The notes beneath the pieces were generated by a model, which made no database searches, had not been told where the DNA came from, and saw only the letters and a list, made by a program, of their open reading frames with translations. The position numbers were made by a program, and so were the translations under genes. A stretch of DNA of 64,000 nucleotides, taken from positions 1 to 64,000 of the forward strand of contig MU008149.1 of NCBI GenBank assembly GCA_010909165.1, read 5' to 3'. Source of the DNA: Anthoceros angustus (Eukaryota > Plantae > Anthocerotophyta). Of the stretch, positions 1-11,927 are shown piece after piece; positions within the stretch are counted from its first letter, which is position 1, and every line of letters begins with the position of its first letter.

Positions 1-2247
1 TGCCACACTTGATCCACGAGCTAACACAAGAGAACCTTTGGAGATCTTCCAAGAGTGATCCCCAAACCGGTGGTAACGCATCATCAATCCATCTGCGCTA
101 ATCATGCTCTTTGTCAACTTGAACATGCCTAACGTCCTTGACATGAATGAAGATCCGTTGTCAAACTTGAGTTGCACATCACCTCGCTGCGATCGGCATG
201 CATAGTTATTTCAAGCCTAACGCATCCTTTCCTTGTAGCATCATCGTGCTAAACCACTCTCTGCGGAGTAACATGGAAAGATGCACGAGTCAATTATCCA
301 ATTGCGGAATAAATGACTATCCACGGTACATTGTGCGGCATTCAAGTAAGAAGAGATAAGGACATCTCGTCCTCAGCGAGTTTAACTCTTCCAACTGACG
401 ACAAGTCGCCTTGTCTGTCCTTCTTCTCTTTTCCTTGGTCCTTTTGAACTTCTACTCTCTTTTGAAGTGACCCCTTTTGTGACAATAGTGACACTCCACA
501 TTCTTATTACGACTACGAGATTTTACGAGAGAAACTTACATCCGGTTGCTTCCCTTCGCGGTGGACCTCCCTCTCACTATGAGCACTTTGGAACCTTTGG
601 AAGGTTCCATGTTTTTCTATTCACCTCCTCGATTAACTGCCTACATTTACAATGGTAAGACCACTAGGCGAATTACTCGAGGCTGTCTGAAAGGTATCCC
701 AACTCTCGGTAATGTGACCAGCGAAACATAGCTCTCACGGAATGCAGGGATACCTTGAGATGAGAGCTGGCTGAAAATGGTATTGAAATCATTGAGATGA
801 TCGGACATCCTCGTCCCTTCCTTCATCTTCAAGTCCACCAGTTTTCAACCAATACACGAAGCCGCACTTTGCTTCTCATACAGTCACACCTTACGCCACG
901 ATCCGTAACTCGTGGTCTTATCTTTCACATTGAAGTACCTGTTTTTGACAATGTTAGCATGATAGTAGATCTAGCAAGCTCATCCAGTCCACCACTCATC
1001 ACATTACTATCGGTTTGGCGCCTAACAACTTTATGGGCTTGATGCGCTTTTACGCACTAGAACATTATACACTTGTTCTTTCGAGCGGGAAGTTAGTACC
1101 ATCTAACTCGATATTGAACATGGCGTTTTCGGCGATGAAGACATCATGACTCAAAAATCGTCTGATTAAACACTCAACTCGCCTTGTTAGAAAAGTCAAA
1201 AGCGATCACCGTCACGGTCCGTGTATTTTGCGTTGGTATTCCTGAGTAATCCTCGTTGGCGAATTTTACGCTCACGCCGGCGTTTGGCACCCTCAATTCT
1301 GTCTTTGCGCGTCGACGCCCGCGCGGCGCACGCCGACCATCGCGCCCCGCCCGCCGGCGCCTTACGGCCACAGCCGCGCCCAGCAGCCACGCCGCGGCCA
1401 CGATGCGCCCGCGGCCGGCGCGCGCCTGCGCCTTGCGGGTCGCGGCGCGGGCTGCGGGCTGCGCGCGAGGCGCGCCGCGCGCGCCGGCCTTTTCGGCGCG
1501 CGGCGGCTGGTTTCGCCGCGCCTGCTGGGAAGCGCCAGCGGGCGCGCGGGCTCGGCGGGCGCCGCGGGTGCGGCTCGCGCCATGCGCGCCTGGGTTTGCG
1601 GCGGCGCGGCCGCCAGCGCTCAAGGCTCGCGCGCCGGCCTGGCGGCTGGCGCCCAGCGCGCCAGCCGCGCTGCGCGCGCTTGCTGCCGCGGCCGGCGCCT
1701 CAGCGCGCGCCTGCAGGCGGCCGGCTGGCGCCCGCGCCCGCGGCCTCCGCCGGCGCCTCGCGGCCCGCTGCCTGGCGCAAGCTCGGCGCTTGCCGGCGGC
1801 CGGCACGCCCGCTGCGCTGGCCGGGTTCGCACGGCCAGCCGGTAGTTGCCGCGCCCGCCGCTCGCAACACACGGCTCTCGCTCATCATGCAGCGCGCCGG
1901 CAGCCTCATCGCGATCTGGATCGGCGCAACTCCGAGCCGCCGCCCTGCAGCTAGAAAATTCTAGCATCACAACACAACCAAACCATGCTCGATACTGAAG
2001 GATCGTGAGGCGACCATCATGGTGGAAAGAGGAGAGGAGAGGAGGAGGAGAGTAGCTCTCTCATTGAGATGAGGCTGGGTATTTATACCCTCCAATAGAG
2101 ACTCCCTAGGAAGCTCCACAAGAAGCTCCTAGGAAGGAGCACAAAGCTTCCTAGTGATTAGCTTTTGCTAAACTAATGATACTTAACTGACACCTAACTT
2201 AGACTAAGTGTATTAGTCTAAGTACATTGGGCTTTAATACCCTTACA
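1..2247 (-). mobile_element. Ty1/Copia LTR retrotransposon ('family A'), 5' portion: 5' LTR, degenerate PBS, GC-rich leader, frameshifted gag and protease; runs off the left edge of the window
   Basis: Minus-strand UBN2-type gag peptide MDLKMKEGTRMSDHLNDFNTIFSQLSSQG (647-838). Copia protease motif WIIDS(G)ASFHVT at ~270-302. Gag start ~1120 is homologous to 45884-46141 (MFNIEKLDGTNF). LTR at 1996-2247 is preceded by gctcgatac, a degenerate reverse complement of the tRNA-Met PBS TGGTATCAGAGC. Confidence 0.9.
1996..2247 (-). repeat. LTR of Copia family A (5' LTR of the element at 1-2247)
   Basis: TG...CA ends (tgaaggatcg...cccttaca); clearly homologous to 15516-15765; contains tatttatac (TATA on minus strand). 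Confidence 0.9.
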
Positions 2248-2616
2248 CTCACCACCATCCACGTGTCGTCTTTACTAAATTACGCCCCGACGCCAGACCC
2301 CCCAAGGCCCCTCCCTTCTCCAGACTTTACTCAGGCCTCCTTCGGAGTCACTCTGGAGTCACATCGTTCCCAAGCATCGCCTAGCGAAGCCCTTCTCGGA
2401 CCGCGGCTTGGCCGGACTAGCCTTATTTCCTCGCATACCGCCTTAATCTTCACACAAAAACTCAAAGAAAACAAAAAAAACTCCCATTACTCGTTCTGAA
2501 GGGGGAGTCAAATATCCTTCCTTTGCCCACAGCTAGGCTTGTTAAGGAGATGCTAGGCGATGCTTAGATGTCAGGCAAGGGACCTTCTAAAGGCAAGGTG
2601 GAGCTTGAAAACTACG

Positions 2617-2925
2617 CCCAAGGCTTGAGGCCAAGGGAAGAGACCAAGGCCAAAGGAGAGGCCCAAGTCCCAAGTCTTGAGGCCTAGAGAGGGGACCAAG
2701 GCCAAAGGAGAAGCCCAAGTCCCAAGGCTTGAGGCCAAGAGAAAGGACCCAAGGCCAAAGGAGAGGCCTAAGTTCCAAGGCTTGAGGCCAAGAGAACCCA
2801 AGACCAAAGAAGAGGCCCAAGTTCCAAGGCTTGAGGCCAAGAGAGGAGACCCAAGGCACAAGGAGAGGCTCAAGTCCCAAGGCTTGAGGCCAAGAAGAAG
2901 AAGGAGAAGAAGCCCAAGTCCAAGG
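2617..2925. repeat. Minisatellite, ~52-bp unit x ~6 (core cccaaggcttgaggccaag...ccaaggccaaaggagaggcccaagt), probably within an LTR
   Basis: Directly visible degenerate tandem units; follows a PPT-like aagggggag at ~2499-2507 and precedes the Gypsy gag. Confidence 0.85.
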
Positions 2926-4096
2926 AGAGGAATGAGACCTCCTCTGGGGAGCTTGGCCTTTTAAGGTCAACCAGCCAAGAGAGAAAGAAAGTAAAATACT
3001 CTTGGGACGCTTGGAAGCCAGATTTCAAGGGATAAGGAAGGAGAGGTTAGTTATTTATCGATTCGGATGGGCTATCCATTCAAAACTCTAAGTTTATTGA
3101 TACACCATCCCAGTACTAATCCGCGCCCATGGAGTTTTTACGAAGATGGTATCCAACTCACCCATCTCAACTCTTTGTACTGCCTAAAGATTGAAGAGTA
3201 TTTGCATGGTGTTTAGACACGCAACCCACAGATACTTAAAGGTTTCACTAATCACGATCTAAGCAAGCAGAGTGTGTTAACCTTGATTGAGGCTTGTGAC
3301 TTAGCCACTAACCACCTTGGAGTGCATGCCTAGACATACTCGATCCGGACGGAGCTTCCAACCAGCCAGTCCATCGGAGCGAATTTGAAGTCTCGACCAA
3401 GAGAGAGAAGAACGAACACCTCGATTTTGGTACCAGCGAAGGATGTAGAGGAACCCAACAACTCAATCACCAATCTTTGAAGGATCTGAGAGTGGCAACA
3501 CACAGATGCGTCGATTACCATTGAGACAACTCGGTAGGAGGCTTGACGAAGAAGGACTTGTCTCTATAGTGTAAATCAAGATGGGAGGAGACAAGGATCG
3601 AATGAAGTTGTTCACGGGACGAGCGGACACCTTGTCATTGGAGGACTTCATCAAGAAGTATGGTGCGATATGTGCGGAGATAGAATTGAAGACCGGATAC
3701 ACGAAGCGATACAGCTTCATTAAAATGCGAAAGCACTTGGGGGAGTTGGCGTGCTATTGGGAGCATAAGGCGAGGTTGTTGAGCGGCACATCTGGAGGAC
3801 CACTGAGTAGGAATTAGAGCTCCCTAGGAACCAGTACACCTACAATAGAAACTGGGACACCTGCGCCAGGAACCAGTGCAGATGAAGTAGTAGCACCAAG
3901 TGGGCAAGATCCCATCGAAGAGATGTTTAACATCTTCCGGCTAGAGTTTTCAGCAAGCACGAATGAGAAGATCTCGGTGACACACAGGCGAAGTCGGTGA
4001 GATTGCAAAGATGGAAACACAGAAAGATGACCAATTGAGTGCATTGATACTAAGATCATGAGTGACCGACTGGCTGCAGAGAAGTACTTATAGGCA

Positions 4097-5516
4097 TTTC
4101 CATATGCGATGCACATGAAGGTGCAACAAGCGGTGCACAGCATGAAGGGGCAACACTACACCCTCAAGGAAGTGTACGAAATGGCTAACAAGATAGGGCC
4201 CGCTGACAATTTATCCCGTATTGTTGCAAGTGATCACTCTAGCACAAGTAGGAGTGGTGGACGACCTGACCGACGCAAAGGTCAAAGTGGAGGAGCTCGG
4301 TGAGACAAGACAGCCCACATAGCCCAAGTGATAAGCCCCTGCGTGAGGTGCCAAGGGACGGACCATTCCCCTCATAAGTGCGAGCATGCACTTAGAGGAG
4401 TCAAGGGTGAGGAGCTGTGCCCTAGCTGTCAGAGGTACGGGCATAATGAAGCGCCATGTTGGGAGAAGCATCCGGAATTACGGCCTACGGGTTGCTGAGC
4501 AACAATTCCAGCTAATGCATCTGCTTCAACCTCTTCCACAAAATCAACGAAGAGCAAAGTGCAGGAGGAGAGGCCGTGATCCGTGGGTGAAGAAAGCAGG
4601 AAGCATCAAGGAAGACGATGGACAGCTACTTGGCACGCCTCGCAAAGTTGGAGAAGTTGGTGCGGAAGGCAAAGATCTAGGAGAGTAGTAGTTCATCATC
4701 AAAGGACGAAGATGAGCACAAGCTTGGATACATAGCGACATTGACCAGATCCAAGGGCAAGGGGAAGAAACCTCTAGCAGCTACGAGAGAAGATAGCTTA
4801 GAGGAAGAAGAGGACGTTTCCATATGCGCTGCGCATGAAGGTGCAACAAGCGGTGCACAGCATGAAGAGACAACACTACACCCTCAAAGAAGTGTACGAG
4901 ATGGCTGACAAGATAGGGCCCGCTGACACTTTCTCTCGTGTTGTTTCAAGTGATCACTCCAACACAAGTAGAAGTGGTGGACGACATGCCAGCGGTCAGT
5001 GGAGGAGCTCGGAGACAAGCCAGCCCACACAGCCCAAGTGACGAGCCCTTGCGTGAGGTGCTGAGGGACGGACCATTCCCCTCATAAGTGCGAGCATGGA
5101 TTCAGAGGAGTCAAGGGTGAGAAGCCGTGCCCTAGTTGTGGGAGGTATGGGCATAATGAAGTGGCGTGTTGGGAGAAGCATCCGGAATTGCGGACTACGG
5201 GTTATTGAGCAGCAACCCTGGCCAATGCATCTGCGTCAACCTCGTCCACAAATTCGGTGAAGAAACAGGCGCCATGGAGGCACCATGAAGTCCGTGGAAA
5301 GAAAAGCGGGAAGGCGATGAGCACTCGTGGCATGCCTCGCAAAGCTGGAGAAGTTGGTGCGGAAAGTGAAGATCAAGGAAAACGAAGTTCATCATCGGAG
5401 GACGAAGAAGATGAGCACAAGCTTGGATACATAGCGACAGTGACCAGATCCAAGGGCAAGGGGAAGAAACCTCTAGCAGCTATGAGAGAAAATAGCTCAA
5501 AGGAAGAAAAGGACAT
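4097..5516 (+). repeat. Direct tandem duplication (~720 bp; 4097-4816 / 4817-~5516) of the gag C-terminus and zinc knuckle
   Basis: Both copies begin tttccatatgcg.tgc.catgaaggtgcaacaagcggtgcacagcatgaag and differ mostly by substitutions. Confidence 0.9.
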
Positions 5517-5945
5517 CTTGACACCTGTAGTGAGGAGGACGCGGAAGGAAGCTTCGGGATCCTCTTCCCAAACGTATGCCAAGATGCCAAAGTCGTTTGA
5601 GCCATTGCCAACGGGAGCAACTGTGGGAGCAACATCAAAGTCCGAAGTGGGCGACGTGGAGAAACTCATGCGCAGACTGCTGATGGAGATGATGGTGCAA
5701 AGGCTTATGGAGATGCCAAGTTTTAGCCTACAAGACATGGGGTTGAGCGTGAAGGAAGTCAGGGGTTTGACTCGGCAAATGTTGACAACCCTTGAAGACA
5801 AAGCAAATGTCCACGATGTGCCACAGCAAGTAGCAATGATGTATTTGCTGACCTCCGAGCCAAGCATCTTTGTGGAAAAGCGGAATGCTGCACGAGTGGG
5901 GGTGGCTTTGGTCAAAAATCGGGAGAGACACTGTGGAAGACCACA

Positions 5946-8900
5946 TGTACACTAACTCTTCTCTGAACTGTCGGTTTGGATGATTTTTTTTGTTTTTTTT
6001 CGTGTTAGTGTAACGAAATGTTTAGGAATCGTTCGGGTAAGGCCTTTTATACTGAAAGTGGACCTTGGCCCATGGTAATAATATTTTTAAATAACTAGTC
6101 CTTGGGCTTCGACCCTGGGCATGTAGGTCGGATAGAGAGTCCTTGGACCTTGGTATTTTTAGAAATAAGAAGTGTCTATATATTTTAAAAGTGCCTACAT
6201 TAGGCAATGAGTTAGGCCATGTTGAGGGAGGTGGCTAGCCCACCACTAAATAACGACGACAGACTGGGGGAGATCACAACCCTAGTGAGGATGATCAAAT
6301 AATGGAGCGCCTGAAGAAGACCACACACGAGGCCAATTTCAAGGAGAAGAAGATCGACGGACTTCAGCCACCAAGCAGGGGGATGCGCGCATGCAGCGTC
6401 ACAGACGAAGGCTTCCTTTAGGTCGCATGAGGTGGCAGCCCGCGGCGGTGGGCAGGCAATGGCCGAGTGAGAAAAGCGACGCTTTGCACACCGCGGGGGG
6501 AAGTGGTGCTAGGGCTGCAAAGGGAGAGGAGGCCTTGAGGGTGATTTCTTCCACCTGAACCCCAGTGGAGAGGAGCCATGGGCGTGGGAACGGAAGGAGA
6601 AAGGAATGGCGCCCAGCCGCAAGAAGATCCCACTCACGGTGGCCCAATATGGACCATTGGAAGGTTAGCATTTGGCGGCCTTGTCGAGGCGGGTTGGGCT
6701 TCATGGAGAAGAAATGGTGCTACGATAGTCCAAAGACATTGTGCAGAATGCGCTCAATCGAGAACCAAGTTGCAAGAGGGCGACATGAGGAAGAGGCCGC
6801 AAAATTGGGAGTTGGGGCTCTTCCGAGCCGTGTATGGGCAAGAGGAAGCGGAGGATGGGAGTTTGGTAATTGACCCCCAGAGGAAGAAGACCCTGAGAGC
6901 TGCAGCAGCCGCACTCATAAAGCCTGGAGAAGTGAGGGTTAACAATGGATGGGTGACTCGCCAACTCGTGTTTGTACAACTTGTGGGATTGGCCAAGTGG
7001 ATTTTGTGTTTTCTGCAGAACCGGAAATTGGATCACATGGCGGACCACTTCCTGGTCTTCCTTCATGAAGTGGTTAAAGGCACACGGATTGACTGGGGGA
7101 GGATGATTTTCGAGCGGGCTTGTGAAGAGAGGGCGAATTTGCTCTCCTCCTCTCCTCGCCCCTCTTTAATCTCACCCTTTTTGATTCATGTGCCTTCATA
7201 ATAGGCGTTCGAGGAACTCAAGGTACAGGAAGAGGAGTCTAAGGAGGACTCGGAAGGATTCCCACAGTTGGGAATGCGCCTCACTGAGGATTCGGATGAA
7301 GGTGGAGAGGTTACCAAGAGTAAGAGGAGGCGGCTGAGCGGGTCGGCCAAAAGGGAAAAACGGCAGTGGAGGAGGAACCCACAACCACCTAGGATCACGG
7401 TCGAAGGCAGCGGGCAGCGGGTGAAGGAGGGAAAGCAAAAGGAAGCAACGGTTGTCCCCTTTTGGTCGGAGGATGGGCAGCTGGGAGAGTTTGGTACGAA
7501 TGAGGGAGTAGCTGCAGACCAACCCCTAGGGGAGGAAGGGTTAATGTCGGCAGCAAGGCTCGTGCCAGAACTCAAGGGCATTTTGGAGATATTTCATTGA
7601 TCGCCATGGCGGAGGCGAGGAGTGACATGCCGCGTCAGAGTGTTGTGGAAGGAATGGGCAGGGACAGCCCAATTTGGGAATCTGCGAGGCTCGACCTCTG
7701 CCATGGCTCCCGGACCTTCTCGACCCGGTGACCATGGCTCTCACTTGGTGAGTGTCTGGGGGCAACAAGAGTTGCTCAAGGAAAAGTTGGATTGGAGGCG
7801 AGAACAAGGTGGCGGAGGATCGGAGGGGAGTGCGAGGAGGCATTGTGCAAGAACGAGGAGGCGGTGAGGCCATGTCCACCCAATAGGAGGCCCTAGTGAA
7901 TCAAGTAAAAGGCGCACGCTACGATTGAGGAGCTCGAATGAGGTTTTGAGTCCAAGAGCGGTGGAGCGATGGCGCCCTGGAAATTCAAGGCGGAGAGATA
8001 TAAGCGGGAGAGATGAGGCTAGGGCTAGAGTCAAGAGGCGGGCAAAGAAGAAGGGGCAATAGCCAGGTGAAGCAACCACCGTGGGGAAGCAACTACCGGT
8101 GGCTAACCGCCACCGTCGTGGAAGGAGGCGAGGTGGGGAAGCCACAGCGGGCAGCTCGGTGGGATACAACTCCCACGGATTCGAGGCGATCAGATTGTCC
8201 AGGCGGAGAGGTAAGGACCTCAGCGGAAGGCGTATTGTCTGCGGCGTCGGATGAGGATGCTCATGTCACAGCAACACACTGGTGGCGGGTGCTCACTCTA
8301 AATGTGTATGTGGTTGTTGGGACGGGAGGCGGAAACTCACGGACATCTTAACCGCCAGGCGTCTACCGGTGGTTTCTTGAAGGGCTGGGGCCTACCCCGC
8401 AAGTGGTGCTTGAGGAGATGGCGGCGGAGGCCCGGGCGTGGAGGGAGGCGCGGTGTGGCTGTCGGCGAGGAGGAGGCGGGATAGCAGGCATGGGGCAATA
8501 GGCGGCGGCGCCCACGGAAGGCAGAAGGAACCCGCGAAAGTGAGGTGGAAGTTTTGGGGAGAATCGTTCGGATCGGGCGTGGCGAGGCGAGGGAACCCCC
8601 ATGGGCTGGGGGCTGGCGGCAACAGCGGCGTGCGCTGATTTTAGAGGAAAGCGGCATCACAGGTCAGGGGCCTTTTCTTGGATTAGGGGATAGGGTGTTT
8701 TAAGGACCTATGGAGCTGTAGTTACCTAAATTGGTAGGACCGCTCGTGGTGGTTAGCCATATTTTTTTTAAGACACTGGAGAGGAGTGAGCTGTGGTGAT
8801 CCGCAGCTGGATGTATAAGAGACCCTTTTGTGTCTCTCTTGATAGACAATTTCAGGTGTGAGCTTCCGTGTGTCGAATCTACGCGCGAGGTTGATTGAGA

Positions 8901-9428
8901 CGCGATCACCCGACCGATTGACATCGCCTTCTCGTCACAAGAAGGCCGGGAAGATCCTGGTGGTCGAGCGGTGTGGCCAAGCTCCACGTCTGAGCGACCA
9001 GCGGGGCGCCTGCGCATGCCGGGAAGGTGGGGGAGATCATCGAATCGCCTAGTACCGACCACTGCCTTCCTATTCTTCCCAAACCGCTGTTTATCTGGAT
9101 CGTGTTTTATTCTATAAAGGGGGGGTCTGTGTGGCCCGAGGAAAAGGGGTCTGTGTGGCCCAGGGTAGAGAGGTCTGTGTGGCCTATGAGAGGGTGTGGT
9201 AAGAGCAGCTTGTTGTGGGAGTATTTGAGAATTTGGAAAGGAAGTGAGAGAACGGAGCGAATCGGTGACGGTTGAGGCGCCGCGGTGTGAGTGGCCAAAT
9301 TAGGTGTCGATCGTGAGTTTCTGGGGTGGATGTCCCTGAAGGTAAGCTAGAATTAGGCGCGAATTTGTGCGCTTGACGACAGAATCACGCCGAGGAAGGG
9401 GCAGTAGGCAGACGAGGTAGGATAGGGT
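5946..9428 (+). mobile_element. ~3.5-kb insertion into the Gypsy gag-protease junction, carrying a degenerate retrotransposon accessory ORF (~6400-8060) and an LTR-like 3' region
   Basis: ccacatg occurs at both junctions (5941 and 9429); the insert starts TGTA. ORF 6578-7201 ends ...FLHEVVKGTRIDWGRMIF...SLISPFLIH, followed by acidic/coiled-coil stretches. TATA (tctataaag ~9111) followed by 3x ggtctgtgtggcc. Confidence 0.6.
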
Positions 9429-9679
9429 CCACATGGTTGAGTCTCACTCACAGCGAGACTACCACGGCGGTGGTCGAATTTACCACGGTGGGGGGTTCGG
9501 AAGTGGAAGTGGGTTGCGGCTGGGTAAAACCAAACCGTAATAGAGTTAGAATCCCTTAGCTTTGGAACATCTTGACACAAAACCATTCCCTTGGGATCGA
9601 ATCCTAGGACTATAACGACATAGAGGGTAAATGTGGCCTCCTTGCGTCTTTGGATGCAAAAACCCCATTCCACAGACAC

Positions 9680-9990
9680 ATTGAAATAAATGGATTCGCA
9701 CCAAGGAGGGTGTTAATTGACACCGGAGCATAGCCGATGATCGTCGGAAAAAGAGTGAAGGAAGCATTGGGTCTCCACCAAGATACGGTGAAGGAAACCA
9801 AGTGGAGGATATCGATCCAAAAGCACCGGGACCTGAGCATGTGTTGGGGTGATACAAGTCAAGGTTTCATTCAAACCAAGAAGACTTCACCTTTGTCGAG
9901 GTACACCGCTTGGTCACCGATGCACACATTTGATGTCTTTGGGAGCGGACGCTTTGTACAAACCTCGAGTCATGGTGGATTTGTGGACGG
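9680..9990 (+). pseudogene. Retroviral-type aspartic protease domain (Gypsy pol)
   Basis: IEINGFAPRRVLIDTGA*PMIVGKRVKEALGL; DTG catalytic motif at ~9719-9727; in-frame stop and frameshifts. Confidence 0.85.
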
Positions 9991-10419
9991 AGATGCCTAC
10001 TATCGACCAGCCGGAGAAGCTGGAGCAAAAACCGATGAACGGATTGCCCGATCCCTCTCGCAATGCATGGCAAGGATCATGAGAACCTCATTGCCAACAC
10101 CACTACCGGTTTGGCGCCAGAGGAAGGACACGCCATACGTGCTTGAACCTCTTGGCGTGTGTCTAACAACCGCAACTGACCTAATGGAGGATTTCGACGA
10201 GGAGGAGGAAGACAAGCTAGGTTTGCAACCACCCTCAGAGGAGGTTCTTCAAGTCACCGAGACAGATGGTGGACCCAAGCAATGAGCCGTGCAAAAGTTG
10301 TGGAGGATGGTGCAAGAGGATCAGTGTTCTATGAGCCGGAGAACTGCTGTAAGTTCTTGCCTAGGGTTGAGCCTGTTTGTGACCTAAACACCCAGGTGAT
10401 CACATGGCGACCTCGGGAA

Positions 10420-11310
10420 GTCGATATAGTGCTAGTGGAACTCTTTGGAGGCATCAATACCGGCTGGAAGTAGTGCTGAAATGTGGCATCAAAGTACAAA
10501 TCCAGATCCGAAAGCAAGGATTGTGTCACAGAAGCGCGTAAGAGACTTGATGGGGGAGTACCCTAACCTCCTGACGTGGGAGTCAATGAAGGGTTACCGG
10601 AGGCGCTTGATTGATGTTCGCATGATGAGTTGTCCCATTTTGAGCAGCCCGGCAACGGTGGACCTTGTCGCCAGCGAGTTGGGAGTGTCAAGGACTATCC
10701 TCTGTGGCAAGGGTCAATCAAGGATCCACAAACAACATTGTTCTATGACGATGAGGATCTTGCGCTTGATCCAGAAAGGGCAAGAAAGGCCTTGTGGATA
10801 CATGTTGGAGAATGCCGATGCAGCGTAGGAAGCAAGTCCGTGACGATTTTGCCCGCGATTCGAGGAGGTTGGGTCGGAGCTACTATTGGATGCGACTCAA
10901 TTTGGTTCAAGGGCTCATAGGTTGAGGTCCATGTGGACTAACCTTGCTCCTTGGAACGCGTTGAAGTGGCGCTGCTCACAAGCGACCGATCATGTTGTCA
11001 GGATATGTGCATCGAAGGTATGCCCAACAAGTCATCAAGATCGACAAGCCCGCCAGACTTCCGTGAACAACGCTGGACACCCCATGGCGCACCAACCTTG
11101 TGTCCAAGTCCAAGTCACGCCTTCAGGAACCATGGCCCGGTTGTGGTGAGACATGGCGAGGCCTTTTGGGAGAGCCAACATGACCAGAGGAGTTGGCCAT
11201 GGGATTTCACGAGCCACAAGATACCGGAGTGACCGAGAAGGAGCAGTGTCGATTGCTTGGGCAAGCATTTGACATGAACATGATGACTTGGTTGTTTAGC
11301 CTGAGTCATG
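10420..11310 (+). pseudogene. DNA (cytosine-5) methyltransferase domain, DNMT3-like, inside the Gypsy pol region (frameshifted)
   Basis: Motifs in canonical order across frames: I IVLVELFGGINTG/LEVVLKCGIKV (10426-10500); IV VDLVA..WECQGLS (WECQ 10680-10691); VI GYMLENA (~10796-10816); VIII LDATQFGSRAHRLRSMWTNL (10886-10945); IX/X ELAMGF...TGVTEKEQCRLLGQAFDMNMMTWL (~11190-11295). Confidence 0.85.
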
Positions 11311-11927
11311 CACCAACTCGAAACGGGGAAGAAGGCGGGGTTGAAGCAATGGGTTCGTGGGCGAAGGACATTCCAAAGACTCGACCAACAAGAGAAGGAG
11401 AGTAAGCACGGGAGAGGTGTGCAAGCCATCCGAAAGGCACATGATTTAATGGTTAATGTCGAGTTGAAGAGCGATCAACGGCGCCGCTTAAAGGAGTTGT
11501 TGAGGCATCGCGACATGATTTGCTTTCACACTTGCGGAGATGGGGAAGTACACCAAGGGAAGTTCCACATACACGACCACTCTGGATGAACCAGTTCGCG
11601 GAGGCACAGCCTCAAAGAAGGCAAGAAAAAAACAATGAGCAATCCAATGGGGAAATAGTCCAAATAACATGTTGGCCATGTGCATGAGGATGTCAAGACA
11701 ACCCTCCACTTATGGACAAGGTCCCCTGCATCGACATTCCTCAAGAAGATTGGTTTTGACAACGCGCTAACAAGAGGTGCAGCGGTGTAGTCTTACTAAT
11801 GATAATATTTTTGATTTGGAGTCTCGTTATCAGAGGGTTTGCACCTATACATCCGCCGTCTTGGATTTGTTTGTTGTTGTTGGTCGAGCAAGTGCTTACA
11901 TGAATTCGTGCTTACCCTCGGACAACC

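Larger units (their letters stand above)
3581..11630 (+). mobile_element. Ty3/Gypsy LTR retrotransposon, degenerate: gag - zinc knuckle - aspartic protease - C5 DNA methyltransferase - pre-RT linker; truncated before RT and interrupted at 5946-9428
   Basis: gag start KLFTGRADTLSLEDFIKKY (3581-3817). CCHC knuckle CPSCQRYGHNEAPCWEKHPELRP (~4416-4487, repeated ~5127-5195). Protease VLIDTGA*PMIVGKRVKEALGL (~9710-9775). DNMT motifs 10420-11310. Pre-RT linker VNVELKSDQRRRLKELLRHRD...GKFHI (~11450-11630). Confidence 0.85.

Noticed and set aside
1174-1970. Multiple overlapping 230-250 aa Ala/Arg-rich ORFs
   Set aside because: Stop-codon scarcity in extreme GC sequence; open in most frames, no domain.
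2617-2925. CRISPR-like regular repeats
   Set aside because: Whole units repeat with no unique spacers, no cas genes, eukaryotic TE context; it is a minisatellite.
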